This document shows positions 9,985-20,768 of a stretch of 64,000 nucleotides of DNA, one piece after another. The notes beneath the pieces were generated by a model. The model ran no database searches and was not told the origin of the DNA. It saw nothing but the letters and a program-made list of their open reading frames with translations. Position numbers and translations under genes: made by a program. Numbering within the stretch: the first letter of the stretch is position 1; each line of letters begins with the position of its first letter. Location: positions 371,270 through 435,269 of the forward strand of contig JAGVAE010000002.1 of assembly GCA_020060565.1 (NCBI GenBank). The letters run 5' to 3'. This DNA comes from Candidatus Woesebacteria bacterium (GTDB lineage: Bacteria > Patescibacteriota > Microgenomatia > UBA8517).

Positions 9985-11558
9985 AAACAAATAAATTTTT
10001 CATTTTATTTATAATTTCAATCTTCTACTTTTTTTATATATCTTTCGTAACAAAGCCTTGGACATTTGATAACTTTTCATTGGTAGACGATGGACAAGTT
10101 CTTACCCAAAATGGTCAATACCTAAGTAGCTGTATCAAATATTTAGATTGCTCTCAATATTTTGATCAAACATTTGAACTTGGAACATATAGATTTAGAC
10201 CTGCATATTGGATTATTAATGGTGTTAATCAAATTGTTTTTGGAAATAGAGCGGATTTACATCATATTTACCGTGTATATGTAGTTGGTTATTTGTCTGT
10301 AATACTTTTGGCCTTGATTCTTTTAAGGCTCAAGGTTAACAATTTGGTTGTTGTATTTACAACCCTTATTTTTATGACGTCGTTTTCTTTTTCAGAAAAC
10401 ATTATACGCTTGGGTACCAATGAACCTTATCAAGTAATATTTTTAGCTCTTTTTTCAATTATGTATCTATACCAAACAAAAAATAGAGTTTTACTGATCG
10501 TACTGCTAGTTTGGTCACTTTTAATTAAGGAGAATAATATTGCAATTCTTCCTGCAATATTATTTACGGAGTTTCTGACAAATAAAAAATTTTATTTAAA
10601 TAAACCATTCTGGTTGGTGCTTGGAATTCCATTATTGGTTTTTGTTGCGGGCTCGGTTATTGGCAAATTTATAATGCCAAGCACTACCATTGATATGCCT
10701 GTATATACCAGCAATTATGTTGTCGGAGTTAAAGAGATTTTGAATAACTCACAAGCTATATCTGCTATTCTTTTTAGTGATACTTCACTGCTTTTGGTTC
10801 TTATTTTTCCGTTTTTATTATTATTTAAAGATATTAGGAGTGCTTTAAAGAATAAAGAATTTATTTATTGGGTATTATTTTCTGTATTTTCAATAGTAAT
10901 CCTTACTCCATGGAAATATGTACTTGATCGGTATTATCTTGTTGGTATTTTTGGATTAAATATTGTGATGGCCTACATTGTTAGTCAGTTAATCACGCTA
11001 GTGAGAAATAGATTAAATCCAAAATTTTGTGATACTACGACTAAAGTTGTAGTTTTTAATATTGTTGTCTTTTTGGTTATGTCAAACATATTTTTTAGAG
11101 GGCTTCCGATAAATATAATAAAAACATTAAATTACAGAAATTGGTTTGAGGTTTTTACTAATTTTGAAAAAGATCAAGTTATAGAGATTGCAAAATATAA
11201 TAAAAATGGAGTTTATCTCAACATGGTTAATAATCTAGACAGTTGGGAGTTTCTTTATGAGATTCCAATTCATCTCAAGCTTCTATATGGAATAGATCCC
11301 AATACTAAAATGTTGGGATCTGCACTTCCAAAGTCTGGAATTGTATTTTCCAGATCATCACTCGATATGGTTTTTGACATAGAAAAATTAGAAAAATTGG
11401 GATATAAAAAAGTTGAGGGCAAATCATATTATATTGATCAGATTGACCCTCAAAAATTTAGAAATGAATTTGGCATGAGACCTATACAAACTATTTTTAA
11501 TCCACCATTTAAAAAGGAAAGTCTAAGCTACTCTTGGGAAATAAGATATAAAAAATAA
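9981..11558 (+). CDS. polytopic membrane protein, GT-C-like glycosyltransferase
   Basis: 525 aa, more than 10 TM, SLLIKENNIAILP motif, C-terminal soluble domain. Confidence 0.5.
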   Translation: MKTNKFFILFIISIFYFFYISFVTKPWTFDNFSLVDDGQVLTQNGQYLSSCIKYLDCSQYFDQTFELGTYRFRPAYWIINGVNQIVFGNRADLHHIYRVYVVGYLSVILLALILLRLKVNNLVVVFTTLIFMTSFSFSENIIRLGTNEPYQVIFLALFSIMYLYQTKNRVLLIVLLVWSLLIKENNIAILPAILFTEFLTNKKFYLNKPFWLVLGIPLLVFVAGSVIGKFIMPSTTIDMPVYTSNYVVGVKEILNNSQAISAILFSDTSLLLVLIFPFLLLFKDIRSALKNKEFIYWVLFSVFSIVILTPWKYVLDRYYLVGIFGLNIVMAYIVSQLITLVRNRLNPKFCDTTTKVVVFNIVVFLVMSNIFFRGLPINIIKTLNYRNWFEVFTNFEKDQVIEIAKYNKNGVYLNMVNNLDSWEFLYEIPIHLKLLYGIDPNTKMLGSALPKSGIVFSRSSLDMVFDIEKLEKLGYKKVEGKSYYIDQIDPQKFRNEFGMRPIQTIFNPPFKKESLSYSWEIRYKK

Positions 11559-11639
11559 TGAAAAAAAAAGGCGATAAAAATAATAGGACACTCTCTTTTA
11601 TTACCTATTATATGGTTTTCATACCTTGCGACCTTACTT

Positions 11640-12530
11640 ATGAGTCTTGGAAGATTCAAGTATCTATCAGGCAATTTTGGAGATAACCACCTCCTAAGCA
11701 TTTTTTTCTCGATCGGATGGAAAACTTCAAGTTTGTTAGGAATAATATTTTTATTTGTGTTAGTTGCTTGGGTTTACATTTATATTCGTGGTGAATCTAC
11801 GATTAAAAACAAAATTTCATTTTTTATTGTTGGCCTTACTTCTGTATTTACTTTTTTTGTTTCTAATGGCTTTGTTAATCAAGAGAATGTAAATTTCGGT
11901 AATTATTTATATTCTCTATATGGTATAACAAAACAAAGTTTTGAGCTCCTATCTAATATCAGTTTAATCACAACATTTCTTTATGGTGCATTTTTATTTA
12001 ATGAATTCGACAGTTTAAAGAATAAAAAGAAGGTCAATAATAAGTTCGGTATTTCAAATAAAATGCTCATGACAATTCCATTCTTAGGAATATTGGCTTG
12101 GTATTCTCTCCAGACTTTAATCAAAGCTGACGATTATCTTTCATATGCAAAATTTACATATGAAGATGCATTTGAAAATTATAAAAGTATAGCTAGATTG
12201 TGTGAAATAGTTCCGGAAAACAGTGCAATAATTATACCTGTTCAAGGCATTGATTGGCCGGATATAAGTAATGCCCCAATTGTAAGATATTTTTTATTTC
12301 CAAGAATGATCGTAAGTTCCTCCGATCTTACCAGTCAAGAAAAAGCTGCAAAACTTAAAGAAGCTTATTTCATTTCACTAAACAAGGGTAATAAGTTATT
12401 TTGGCCAATAATTGACAGGGAAAAAGAAGTGGTCTATTTTGCACCCAACAACCCTTTAGGTTATTCAGATCTGATTGTGGTAAATAAAGAAAACGGTATG
12501 GTAATTTATAAAATAATTTTTCAAAAATGA
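11640..12530 (+). CDS. membrane-anchored protein, family A; copy 1 of a duplicated module
   Basis: N-terminal TM segments plus a C-terminal soluble domain; ENSAIIIPVQGIDWPD...RYFLFPR matches the C-terminal domain of the 13758..14693 product. Confidence 0.5.
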   Translation: MSLGRFKYLSGNFGDNHLLSIFFSIGWKTSSLLGIIFLFVLVAWVYIYIRGESTIKNKISFFIVGLTSVFTFFVSNGFVNQENVNFGNYLYSLYGITKQSFELLSNISLITTFLYGAFLFNEFDSLKNKKKVNNKFGISNKMLMTIPFLGILAWYSLQTLIKADDYLSYAKFTYEDAFENYKSIARLCEIVPENSAIIIPVQGIDWPDISNAPIVRYFLFPRMIVSSSDLTSQEKAAKLKEAYFISLNKGNKLFWPIIDREKEVVYFAPNNPLGYSDLIVVNKENGMVIYKIIFQK

Positions 12531-13774
12531 TATATCTTATTTCGACATTGTTATTGTCTTCGGTTTTGACAACCAAAATATTATTTGTAGCCATCGGAAG
12601 GGGTGGAAGCCCCGGTTTTTTTGAATACATGTCTATCCTTGTTCTTGCTGTATTAATAATAGTGGGAACATTCAACTACATTAATGGCAGGGGAAAACAG
12701 AAACCTGAAAAACTTGTAGTTGAGAAAGCTGGTCTTGCTAAGTTTCTCGTAATTCTTAGTATTCTATTTATTTCTACCTCATTATTTATCAATTTTAATA
12801 AAAAAGCTGTTCTTTGGGATGCGGTAGCACTCTATGACGCACGGGCAAGGTTTCTGGTAAAGGGGATTGATTTCAGTGAGATGGTCGAAATTTCGAAATA
12901 TGACTCCAATAACAGCTACTATTATGTTTTATATCCTCCATACACAAGTATGGTTCACTATTTGTGGTATGAGTTGGGAATATCAATTCCTGTTGGTGTC
13001 TTTTATTCCATATCTCTGCTTCTTTTGGCGGTTGTTATTTATTATGTAACGCGGAAACATCAAAGTTTGATTGTGGCTGCATTATTAACATTCATTGTTG
13101 TTTCAAATGGAGTAATTTTTTCTCTATCGCTATCTGAGTATACAAACTTACCCTTTACTTTGCAGATGTTTCTGGGAGTTTTCCTGATATATGAGTATTT
13201 AAAAGATGGATCGAAGTGGAAAATATTTTATGGGATCGGTTTAGTAATAACAACGATGTGGATTAGATTCCTTGAGCCTATATGGGTTGGAGCCGTGCTA
13301 GCACTATTTATTTCAACTTTTACTAAAAAGAAATTTTCAAAAGAACTGTTATACCCTGTATTAATGTTGGTGTGTGGGGTAATTGAATATATTGCATGGC
13401 AGTCTTTTGTTTCAGGATCGGTGGATACTACTAAGATGGTGAGCTTTTCAGCTATTAGATTTCTTGAACCTATTGTTGGAATATTCACAGGATCTCTGAC
13501 TTCAATTTTTGCTTTTTTTGTAAAATCATGGGGGTTAATATTACCTGTGCACATTTTTGCAATATATTTGGCTATATTAAATAAAAAGAAACTTAACTTT
13601 TTACAGATGTTTATGATTTTTACAATGCTGATATATTTTTCCGGATTATATTTTGTTTCCTTCCAATCTGTATGGTGGGATAAATTGGGGGACTCACTTG
13701 TAAGGGGGTCAACATTTATGATACCAATTAGTGGTTATCTTGTATTAGAATACCTGAATGGAAAGAAAAATTAA
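12527..13774 (+). CDS. polytopic membrane protein, family B; copy 1 of a duplicated module
   Basis: WDAVALYDARA, EYTNLPF and RFLEPIW motifs are shared with the 14694..16073 product. Confidence 0.5.
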   Translation: MIYLISTLLLSSVLTTKILFVAIGRGGSPGFFEYMSILVLAVLIIVGTFNYINGRGKQKPEKLVVEKAGLAKFLVILSILFISTSLFINFNKKAVLWDAVALYDARARFLVKGIDFSEMVEISKYDSNNSYYYVLYPPYTSMVHYLWYELGISIPVGVFYSISLLLLAVVIYYVTRKHQSLIVAALLTFIVVSNGVIFSLSLSEYTNLPFTLQMFLGVFLIYEYLKDGSKWKIFYGIGLVITTMWIRFLEPIWVGAVLALFISTFTKKKFSKELLYPVLMLVCGVIEYIAWQSFVSGSVDTTKMVSFSAIRFLEPIVGIFTGSLTSIFAFFVKSWGLILPVHIFAIYLAILNKKKLNFLQMFMIFTMLIYFSGLYFVSFQSVWWDKLGDSLVRGSTFMIPISGYLVLEYLNGKKN

Positions 13775-14693
13775 CTTATCCTTTTGGTTTTTTTGGGGAC
13801 TATCAATGCTGGTAAGTTTGGTGGAGGCTGTTACTTATTCAGGATTTATAATAAAACATACAGGTTTGAATCCGCTTTTAACCATTACTCCTGCCATATT
13901 TCTTAGTTTAACGCTTCTTGTTTTAAATTTTGTAAAGAAAAATAAGAAATCTCAAAAGAACGATAAAGCATTGGTGTTTTTTTCAGTTTTTCTGTTAATA
14001 CTATATATTGTACTTAAAATAGTGGATCGTTTAACTTATGCTAATTTTGTTTTTAGTAATCTGCATATCCAACCCAATAATCTTCTTTGGCCTGTATTAA
14101 TTTCATTTTTGTCTATAGTTTTTGTATGGTTCCCGAGGATAAATTTTAAAAAACTACTTACTTCTCGATCGGTTTTATTTTTGTTTGTAACTTCCATCAT
14201 TGTATTTAATATATATAGAATTTATAAAATGGAGTGGTGGGCATTCCAATTCATTATTACCCATCCACAAGCTTCATACGACGATAAAATGAGACGAGCG
14301 GTGGGACCAGTATTCTATAACTTTACTCAATTTATTAATACAAACACACCTGAGGATTCATCAATTTTGATTCCTCCACAGGCTTTTCCTTGGCCCCAAT
14401 CAGGGAACGAAGCTTTTATGAGGTATTTTATTCATCCTAGAAAAATGGGAAATGGCAAGGAATATAACCCTCAAACAAAATTAAGTGATTATGACTTTAT
14501 CGTCTTAAATTGGGGAGAGACAGATAGTACAGAGCCCCCATATACTCATAGCTGGCCGAAGTTTGATGTACCCGCAGAAGGAATTATATTTATGAATGCT
14601 GATGGAACATTTGGGGGAGAGATTAAGGGAAATTATTATTACAAAGACTATATTGATAAAAAAGTCTGGGGGCTTATTATAATCAAACATTAA
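13758..14693 (+). CDS. membrane-anchored protein, family A; copy 2
   Basis: EDSSILIPPQAFPWPQ...MRYFIHPR is homologous to the 11640..12530 product. Confidence 0.5.
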   Translation: MERKINLSFWFFWGLSMLVSLVEAVTYSGFIIKHTGLNPLLTITPAIFLSLTLLVLNFVKKNKKSQKNDKALVFFSVFLLILYIVLKIVDRLTYANFVFSNLHIQPNNLLWPVLISFLSIVFVWFPRINFKKLLTSRSVLFLFVTSIIVFNIYRIYKMEWWAFQFIITHPQASYDDKMRRAVGPVFYNFTQFINTNTPEDSSILIPPQAFPWPQSGNEAFMRYFIHPRKMGNGKEYNPQTKLSDYDFIVLNWGETDSTEPPYTHSWPKFDVPAEGIIFMNADGTFGGEIKGNYYYKDYIDKKVWGLIIIKH

Positions 14694-16073
14694 ATGTTAT
14701 TAATATTTGGAATGCTACTGGTTTTAATTTTTGGCTTTCTGTTAAGTGTAATTTTGGTTGAGGAAATGCACCCAATGGAGAGATTGGGAATATCATATCT
14801 TTTAGGTTTTGGAATTTTTACGCTTTTGATGTTTTGTTATTCAACATTAGGTATAAAAATTACATTAATAAGTACGCTGACGGCACTGGGAATTTGTATC
14901 ACAGCGACCTTGGCATTTTTCAAGGTATTTAAACGAAAAATTTCTATAAACCTGTCAGGATTTATTAAGTCATTGTTCTATTTGTCTCGTTTAGAAAAGA
15001 TTATTGTCTCAGTAATAGCGGGACTTGTGGTTGCAAGTTTTACCATCTCGATATATTTCCCTGTATATATTTGGGATGCTTTGGCTTTATACGATTTTCG
15101 CGCAAAAATAATTGCTCAGATTGGTTTTTATACACAAATTGCAAATAATTATGTTTGGTTTGGGGGTTATCCTCTTTTTACATCTTTAAGCCATACGTTG
15201 GTTTATATCTTTGGGGGGAATAATCCCCAATTTTTGTATTCTTCAATGTATGTTTCTTATATTTTTGTATTTTATGGAGCTCTTCGTCAGATTGTTAACA
15301 GAAAAGTCTCGTTAATTTCAACTTTACTTTTGGCTACAACTCCTGTTTTTTTTGATCATTCAACGTTTGCCTATACAAACCTTCCTTATTCAATATTTCT
15401 TTCAATGGGAAGCATTTATATATATGTATGGTTAGTGAAGAATAAACCATTTGGTTATTTAATTCTTGCAGCAGTAATGACAGGACTTTCGACGTGGACA
15501 AGGAGTACTGAACCATTTTGGATAATTAATTTAATAGTATTAGCAATTCTATTGCTTTATAAAATTAAAAAGTACCTTCTACCTTTAGTAGTATATCTAT
15601 CTACATTTTTGTTGATAAGGGAACCGTGGAATATTGTAAATAATTATATTCTTACAGATAGAAAAGCATTAATTGCTTCTAATATTGAACCTGTGACAAG
15701 TTCCTATATCTCTATAATTTCAAGAATACCAGAATGGAATAGGATAGTTGAAATTGGGGTATACATTTATAAATATATAGTAGTCTCGTGGTATCCGTTT
15801 TTGTTTTTGTTTTTGCTTTGTTTGTTACTTAGTGTCAAAAATTTTTTTCATAGATATGGTTCATTTTTTGTTTTAATAATCATTCTTTATTTTTGTCTTT
15901 TGGTATTTGGAACTTACTTATTTACTTTTAGCAACGTTTCCTGGAATGAGATACCCGATTCGGCGAGACGCATGTCAATGTTTTTTATGCCATTAATGAT
16001 TTTTTATGCTGGAATGGTTTTTGATACTTTTTCCTCTAGTACGAATTTTAAAAAAACTAGAAAGATAAAATGA
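14694..16073 (+). CDS. polytopic membrane protein, family B; copy 2, with an extra N-terminal TM region of about 100 aa
   Basis: WDALALYDFRA, AYTNLPY and RSTEPFW motifs are shared with the 12527..13774 product. Confidence 0.5.
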   Translation: MLLIFGMLLVLIFGFLLSVILVEEMHPMERLGISYLLGFGIFTLLMFCYSTLGIKITLISTLTALGICITATLAFFKVFKRKISINLSGFIKSLFYLSRLEKIIVSVIAGLVVASFTISIYFPVYIWDALALYDFRAKIIAQIGFYTQIANNYVWFGGYPLFTSLSHTLVYIFGGNNPQFLYSSMYVSYIFVFYGALRQIVNRKVSLISTLLLATTPVFFDHSTFAYTNLPYSIFLSMGSIYIYVWLVKNKPFGYLILAAVMTGLSTWTRSTEPFWIINLIVLAILLLYKIKKYLLPLVVYLSTFLLIREPWNIVNNYILTDRKALIASNIEPVTSSYISIISRIPEWNRIVEIGVYIYKYIVVSWYPFLFLFLLCLLLSVKNFFHRYGSFFVLIIILYFCLLVFGTYLFTFSNVSWNEIPDSARRMSMFFMPLMIFYAGMVFDTFSSSTNFKKTRKIK

Positions 16074-17014
16074 AAAAAAGCAGCAAAAACATAAGAAACA
16101 AATATCCTGTTGTTTTTTTTGTGTTTCGAAGACCGGATACAACTTTACGGGTTTTGAAAGAAATTATAAAGTCAAAACCGTACAAATTGTACATATTTGC
16201 TGATGGACCGAGAGATGAAAGTGATTTTTTTATGGTAAATAGAACAAGGAAATGTATTGACGATTTACTGTCAAAATCTAAAATAAATATAATTAAAATA
16301 TATAGAAAAAAGAATTATGGACTAAAGAAAAGTATTCTAGGTGGACTAAATGAAGTTTTTATTCATGAAAATGCAGCGATTATTTTGGAAGATGACTGTT
16401 TCCCATCTCTTAATTTTTTTGATTTTTGTAATTTTGCTTTAAATAAGTATTACAACAGCACTGAAATAAACACGGTTTGCGGCACCAACGTAGGAGTTGG
16501 AAATAAAAAGAATAAAAATTTGATTGTCTCTAAATATTTTCTACCCTGGGGATGGGCACTATGGAAACGCAGTTGGCTCGAATATAAGAATGTAAGAGAA
16601 GAAGATTTAAAAGCTATACTTAGCAAAAAAAACAATAAGATTCTTGCTTGGTATCTTATGCAGGTATACAATCTCAGCAAAGAAGAAAAGGTAAAGGCTT
16701 GGAGCTATAGAATGGTGATTATGCAAATAGTGAATGAAAAGCTAAGTCTTTACCCATCGTATAATACAGTAAGCAATATTGGATTCGGCGGACGTTCATC
16801 TAACACTCTTGTTAAGACAGTTGGTTCAAATTTTGAAATTGACAAGAAAGTAAAAAAAATAATTAACAAAAACGCGACTTATCGAAAAATGAAAAAATAT
16901 GACAATTTTATTGCTTACAATTTATATCTTACTCCAATTTCCTTTTGTGGGTTAATTTTGAGAAAATATTTTCCCTATCTTGTTAAATATATTTATCGTA
17001 AATGGAATAAATAA
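16070..17014 (+). CDS. GT-A fold glycosyltransferase-like protein
   Basis: [10 protein letters not shown]...[10 protein letters not shown] followed by a DxD-like ILEDDCF; family not assigned. Confidence 0.45.
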   Translation: MKKSSKNIRNKYPVVFFVFRRPDTTLRVLKEIIKSKPYKLYIFADGPRDESDFFMVNRTRKCIDDLLSKSKINIIKIYRKKNYGLKKSILGGLNEVFIHENAAIILEDDCFPSLNFFDFCNFALNKYYNSTEINTVCGTNVGVGNKKNKNLIVSKYFLPWGWALWKRSWLEYKNVREEDLKAILSKKNNKILAWYLMQVYNLSKEEKVKAWSYRMVIMQIVNEKLSLYPSYNTVSNIGFGGRSSNTLVKTVGSNFEIDKKVKKIINKNATYRKMKKYDNFIAYNLYLTPISFCGLILRKYFPYLVKYIYRKWNK

Positions 17015-17015
17015 T

Positions 17016-17675
17016 ATGTACTATATAATTCCAGAAAATTTTGTAGCGATTATCTCGACAATATTTACTCTCGTTAAGAATTGGAAAAAAATAAGAATTA
17101 GAGGATATGGAACAATAATATCTCCAGACTCCACTTTTGAAAAATCGGTTACTATCTATGGTGGATGCAGAATTTTAACATCATCGTTTGGTAATATGAC
17201 ATATGTTGGACAAGGAAGTAGAATTGCCCATTCAACAATAGGTAAATTTTGCTCGATATCGCAAGAAGTTGTGATTGGACCAGGAAAACATCCAATAAAC
17301 AGTTTCTTTTCGACTCACCCAGCTTTTTTCTCGATCAGAAAACAGTCAGGTAAAACTTACGTAAAACAAAAACTGTTCGATGAGTTTGGAAAGACAACGA
17401 TTGGCAATGATGTAATGATCGGAGCAAAGGCTATTATACTTGATGGTGTTAAGGTCTCAGATGGAGCTATAGTTGGCGCAGGAGCAGTTGTTACTCACGA
17501 CATTCCTCCTTATGCAATTGTTGGCGGGGTACCAGCAAAAATAATTAAATACAGATATAACAAAAAAATTATTAAATATTTGTTGGAAAGCAAGTGGTGG
17601 AACATGAATGAATCATCAATTCGGTTAAATATCAATAAACTAAACCTAATTATTAAAAGGAAACCTAAACAATAA
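17016..17675 (+). CDS. hexapeptide-repeat acetyltransferase; tool start TTG 16980
   Basis: [49 protein letters not shown]. Confidence 0.8.
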   Translation: MYYIIPENFVAIISTIFTLVKNWKKIRIRGYGTIISPDSTFEKSVTIYGGCRILTSSFGNMTYVGQGSRIAHSTIGKFCSISQEVVIGPGKHPINSFFSTHPAFFSIRKQSGKTYVKQKLFDEFGKTTIGNDVMIGAKAIILDGVKVSDGAIVGAGAVVTHDIPPYAIVGGVPAKIIKYRYNKKIIKYLLESKWWNMNESSIRLNINKLNLIIKRKPKQ

Positions 17676-17729
17676 TTGGATTTTAGAATATCGTACTACT
17701 TCATCACGATTTGAGGTAAAATACACTTT

Positions 17730-18566
17730 ATGAAAGTAGATAGTCATAAAGTTACCGTGATTAGACCTAAACCAAGATGGTTGTTATTAGATTTTACTGA
17801 GATTTGGGAATTCCGTGAGCTTTTTATTGTTTTTGCCTGGAGAGATATAAAGGTCAGGTACAAACAAACAATATTAGGTGCAACCTGGGCAGTCTTCCAA
17901 CCATTAACCTCAATGTTTATATTTACAATTTTTTTTGGAAATTTTGCAAAAATTCCATCTGGCGATTTGCCATATCCTTTATTTGTATTAACTGGGTTAA
18001 TTTTCTGGAATTACTTTTCAGGAATTCTTTCCCGTGCTAGTAATTCTCTTATTGAAAATGAAGGAATTGTCAAAAAAGTGTATTTTCCTCGAGAGATTCT
18101 ACCCCTTTCTACTGTAGGCGCAAACTTAATTGATTTTGGAATTTCCCTGGTACTTTTATTTCTAGTTTCTTTTTATTTTAATTTTGTTCCCAATCCACGT
18201 GTTCTGTTTGTTGTTCCTTTGGGTTTACTAATTGGAACATTTGGGGCGGGAGGACTTGGCCTTTTGTTATCTTCTTTCAATGTAAAATATCGTGATGTTC
18301 GTTACGCGTTACCATTTTTTATTCAGATGATGATTTTTCTAACTCCTGTGATTTATCCGACTAGCATAATGAGATCATCGTTTCGTTATCTCATCGCTTT
18401 AAATCCAATGACGGGAGTAATTGATGCTGCAAGGATAGTGTTTTCCGGAGGATCAAATATAAATTGGCCAATATTGGCAATTTCTGGAGGATCATCATTA
18501 TTATTGTTTATTGTTGGATTATATTATTTTAAATCGACTGAAAGGTTTTTTGCGGATCTTGTTTAA
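17730..18566 (+). CDS. wzm: ABC-2 type polysaccharide exporter permease (Wzm/TagG-like)
   Basis: RDIKVRYKQTILGATWAVFQPL signature and 6 TM; GAGGT SD-like element and TAAAAT hexamer 7 nt upstream of the ATG. Confidence 0.85.
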   Translation: MKVDSHKVTVIRPKPRWLLLDFTEIWEFRELFIVFAWRDIKVRYKQTILGATWAVFQPLTSMFIFTIFFGNFAKIPSGDLPYPLFVLTGLIFWNYFSGILSRASNSLIENEGIVKKVYFPREILPLSTVGANLIDFGISLVLLFLVSFYFNFVPNPRVLFVVPLGLLIGTFGAGGLGLLLSSFNVKYRDVRYALPFFIQMMIFLTPVIYPTSIMRSSFRYLIALNPMTGVIDAARIVFSGGSNINWPILAISGGSSLLLFIVGLYYFKSTERFFADLV

Positions 18567-18569
18567 AGA

Positions 18570-19814
18570 ATGAAACCAATAATCGAAGTAACTAACTTAT
18601 CAAAGAAATACAAATATGGTGAATCTCAACCATATTACACTTTACGAGATACCCTTACAGGTCTTGTTAGAGCTCCATTTCATTTGCTAAATAAAAAACA
18701 AAAACAAATTAATCTGAATAAAAATGAATTTTGGGCATTAAATAATATTTCATTTAAGGTTAATCGTGGCGAGGCAATGGGGATTGTTGGACATAATGGA
18801 GCAGGAAAAAGTACTATTCTTAAAATATTAAGTAGAATTACCCCACCTACCAAAGGAAAAATTACTCTTCGGGGAAGAGTAGGAAGTTTGTTGGAAGTGG
18901 GAACGGGTTTTCATTTCGAACTAACTGGGCGAGAAAACATTTACCTTAACGGGGCCATTTTGGGGATGAAAAGGCGTGAGATAGATAAGAAATTTGACGA
19001 AATAGTAAATTTTTCTGGGGTAGAAAAATTTTTAGACACGCCTGTAAAACATTATTCATCTGGTATGTATATGAGATTGGCTTTTGCTGTTGCGGCCAAT
19101 CTAGATTCCGAAATACTTATAGTTGATGAAGTTTTGGCAGTGGGAGATACTGAGTTTCAAAAAAAGTGTCTTGGGAAAATGGATGAAATTACAAAGAAAG
19201 AGGGAAGAACAATTTTATTTGTTAGCCACAATATGGGGGCTATAAAAAGATTGTGTGGTAAGGGCCTTTTGTTAGATTCCGGTAAAAAGATATATGAAGG
19301 AAAAATAGACAATGTGGTAGATCAATACATGACTTCATTCGATGTAAAAAAAGTTTTTGAACCAATAAAAGTACCTGAAATCGATCTAGTAATTAATAAA
19401 ATTTCGATTAATCAAAAAAACAACGGGAAAATAGTTCCTGGAAAACCCGTACAGGTGGATATAGATATTTTTGCTGAGCATGAAGTTAAAGATATTGGAA
19501 TCGAAATTATATTCTCTCATGACGATATGGATGGTCGCCTATTTTCAACCAATACAAAATCTTCTGACGGCTTAGAAATTGTTATTAAAAAGGGTAATAA
19601 TCATTTTACATGTTTTATCGACAGTTTTAATTTGTGTTCAGGTAAATACAGATTTGGTTTTAGTATACAAATTCCCTTTATTAAATCTTATTATCTTAAT
19701 ACGGATCTATTTTATTTTGATGTTCTAGAAACCACCTTTAGTAATTCCCAACTACCAACACTTCCAATGTATGGTCATGTATACCTTGATCATAAATGGC
19801 TTATTAAAACTTGA
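18570..19814 (+). CDS. wzt: ABC exporter ATPase (Wzt/TagH-like) with a C-terminal extension of about 170 aa (putative glycan-binding domain)
   Basis: Walker A GHNGAGKST, signature YSSGMYMRLAFAVA and Walker B ILIVDEVL; residues from about 245 to 414 lie beyond the NBD. Confidence 0.85.
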   Translation: MKPIIEVTNLSKKYKYGESQPYYTLRDTLTGLVRAPFHLLNKKQKQINLNKNEFWALNNISFKVNRGEAMGIVGHNGAGKSTILKILSRITPPTKGKITLRGRVGSLLEVGTGFHFELTGRENIYLNGAILGMKRREIDKKFDEIVNFSGVEKFLDTPVKHYSSGMYMRLAFAVAANLDSEILIVDEVLAVGDTEFQKKCLGKMDEITKKEGRTILFVSHNMGAIKRLCGKGLLLDSGKKIYEGKIDNVVDQYMTSFDVKKVFEPIKVPEIDLVINKISINQKNNGKIVPGKPVQVDIDIFAEHEVKDIGIEIIFSHDDMDGRLFSTNTKSSDGLEIVIKKGNNHFTCFIDSFNLCSGKYRFGFSIQIPFIKSYYLNTDLFYFDVLETTFSNSQLPTLPMYGHVYLDHKWLIKT

Positions 19815-19823
19815 TCTAAAAGT

Positions 19824-20768
19824 ATGCAAAAAATTGTTATTTTACTTAAAACATATAAAGGAGATATTGATTATATAAAAAGATTGATTGAAAGCTTTAA
19901 AAAATATAATCATGACAAAATACCTCTTTATATTGTAGTTCCATCAATTGATTTATCACTATTTAAAAAATTTGTAGATAAGAATATTAAACTATTAAGT
20001 GATGAGTCTATAACGACCGATTTAGTTTATGATAATAGTATTTGGGGTATACGCCCAGGGTATATTAATCAAGAAATAATCAAACTATCTTTTTGGAAAA
20101 AAGGATTATGTAAAAATTATTTCTGCATGGACTCAGACGGTGTGTTTATTCGTAATTTTTATGTATCTGATTTTATGTATGATGAAAATACACCTTATAC
20201 AATACTATCTGAGGATCACGAGTTGATAGTAGACCCTCAATACTATAAAGACTATTGGTGTGAAAGAGAAAGGTTAATTAAACGAATACAGAAAAAAATT
20301 GGATTAACCGATAGGCGAATGTTAACTTCTCATGGATTTGCAATACTTTCATGTAAAGTGCTTGAATCTTTTTATAAAAAATATCTCTTGCCAAACAAAC
20401 TTAGATATACTGACATTTTGAAAATTGCACCGTATGAATTTTCGTGGTATAACATGTGGCTACAGAAAGATAAAACAATTCCTATTGAGTTTAAAGATCC
20501 ATTGATAAAGCTGTTTTACCAAAAATCTCAACATCTTGAATATTTGAATAGAGGAATCACAGTGAAAGATATTTCAAGAGGGTACATTGGATATGTTATA
20601 AACTCTAACTATTCTAGAGGGTATGGTGTTTTGGACTACAGTGAAGGAAATCGATACACACCTTCGCTAGAAGATATAAAATCTGCAACCTTTAGTATAG
20701 TCAGGTATTTTTACATAAAATTCAGCAAATCATTAAAAAGAGTTTTTAACTTATTTAAACAGTTATGA
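19824..20768 (+). CDS. hypothetical protein, possible GT-A-like sugar transferase (CMDSDGVF motif)
   Basis: No confident family; located between Wzt and the FkbM methyltransferases. Confidence 0.35.
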   Translation: MQKIVILLKTYKGDIDYIKRLIESFKKYNHDKIPLYIVVPSIDLSLFKKFVDKNIKLLSDESITTDLVYDNSIWGIRPGYINQEIIKLSFWKKGLCKNYFCMDSDGVFIRNFYVSDFMYDENTPYTILSEDHELIVDPQYYKDYWCERERLIKRIQKKIGLTDRRMLTSHGFAILSCKVLESFYKKYLLPNKLRYTDILKIAPYEFSWYNMWLQKDKTIPIEFKDPLIKLFYQKSQHLEYLNRGITVKDISRGYIGYVINSNYSRGYGVLDYSEGNRYTPSLEDIKSATFSIVRYFYIKFSKSLKRVFNLFKQL

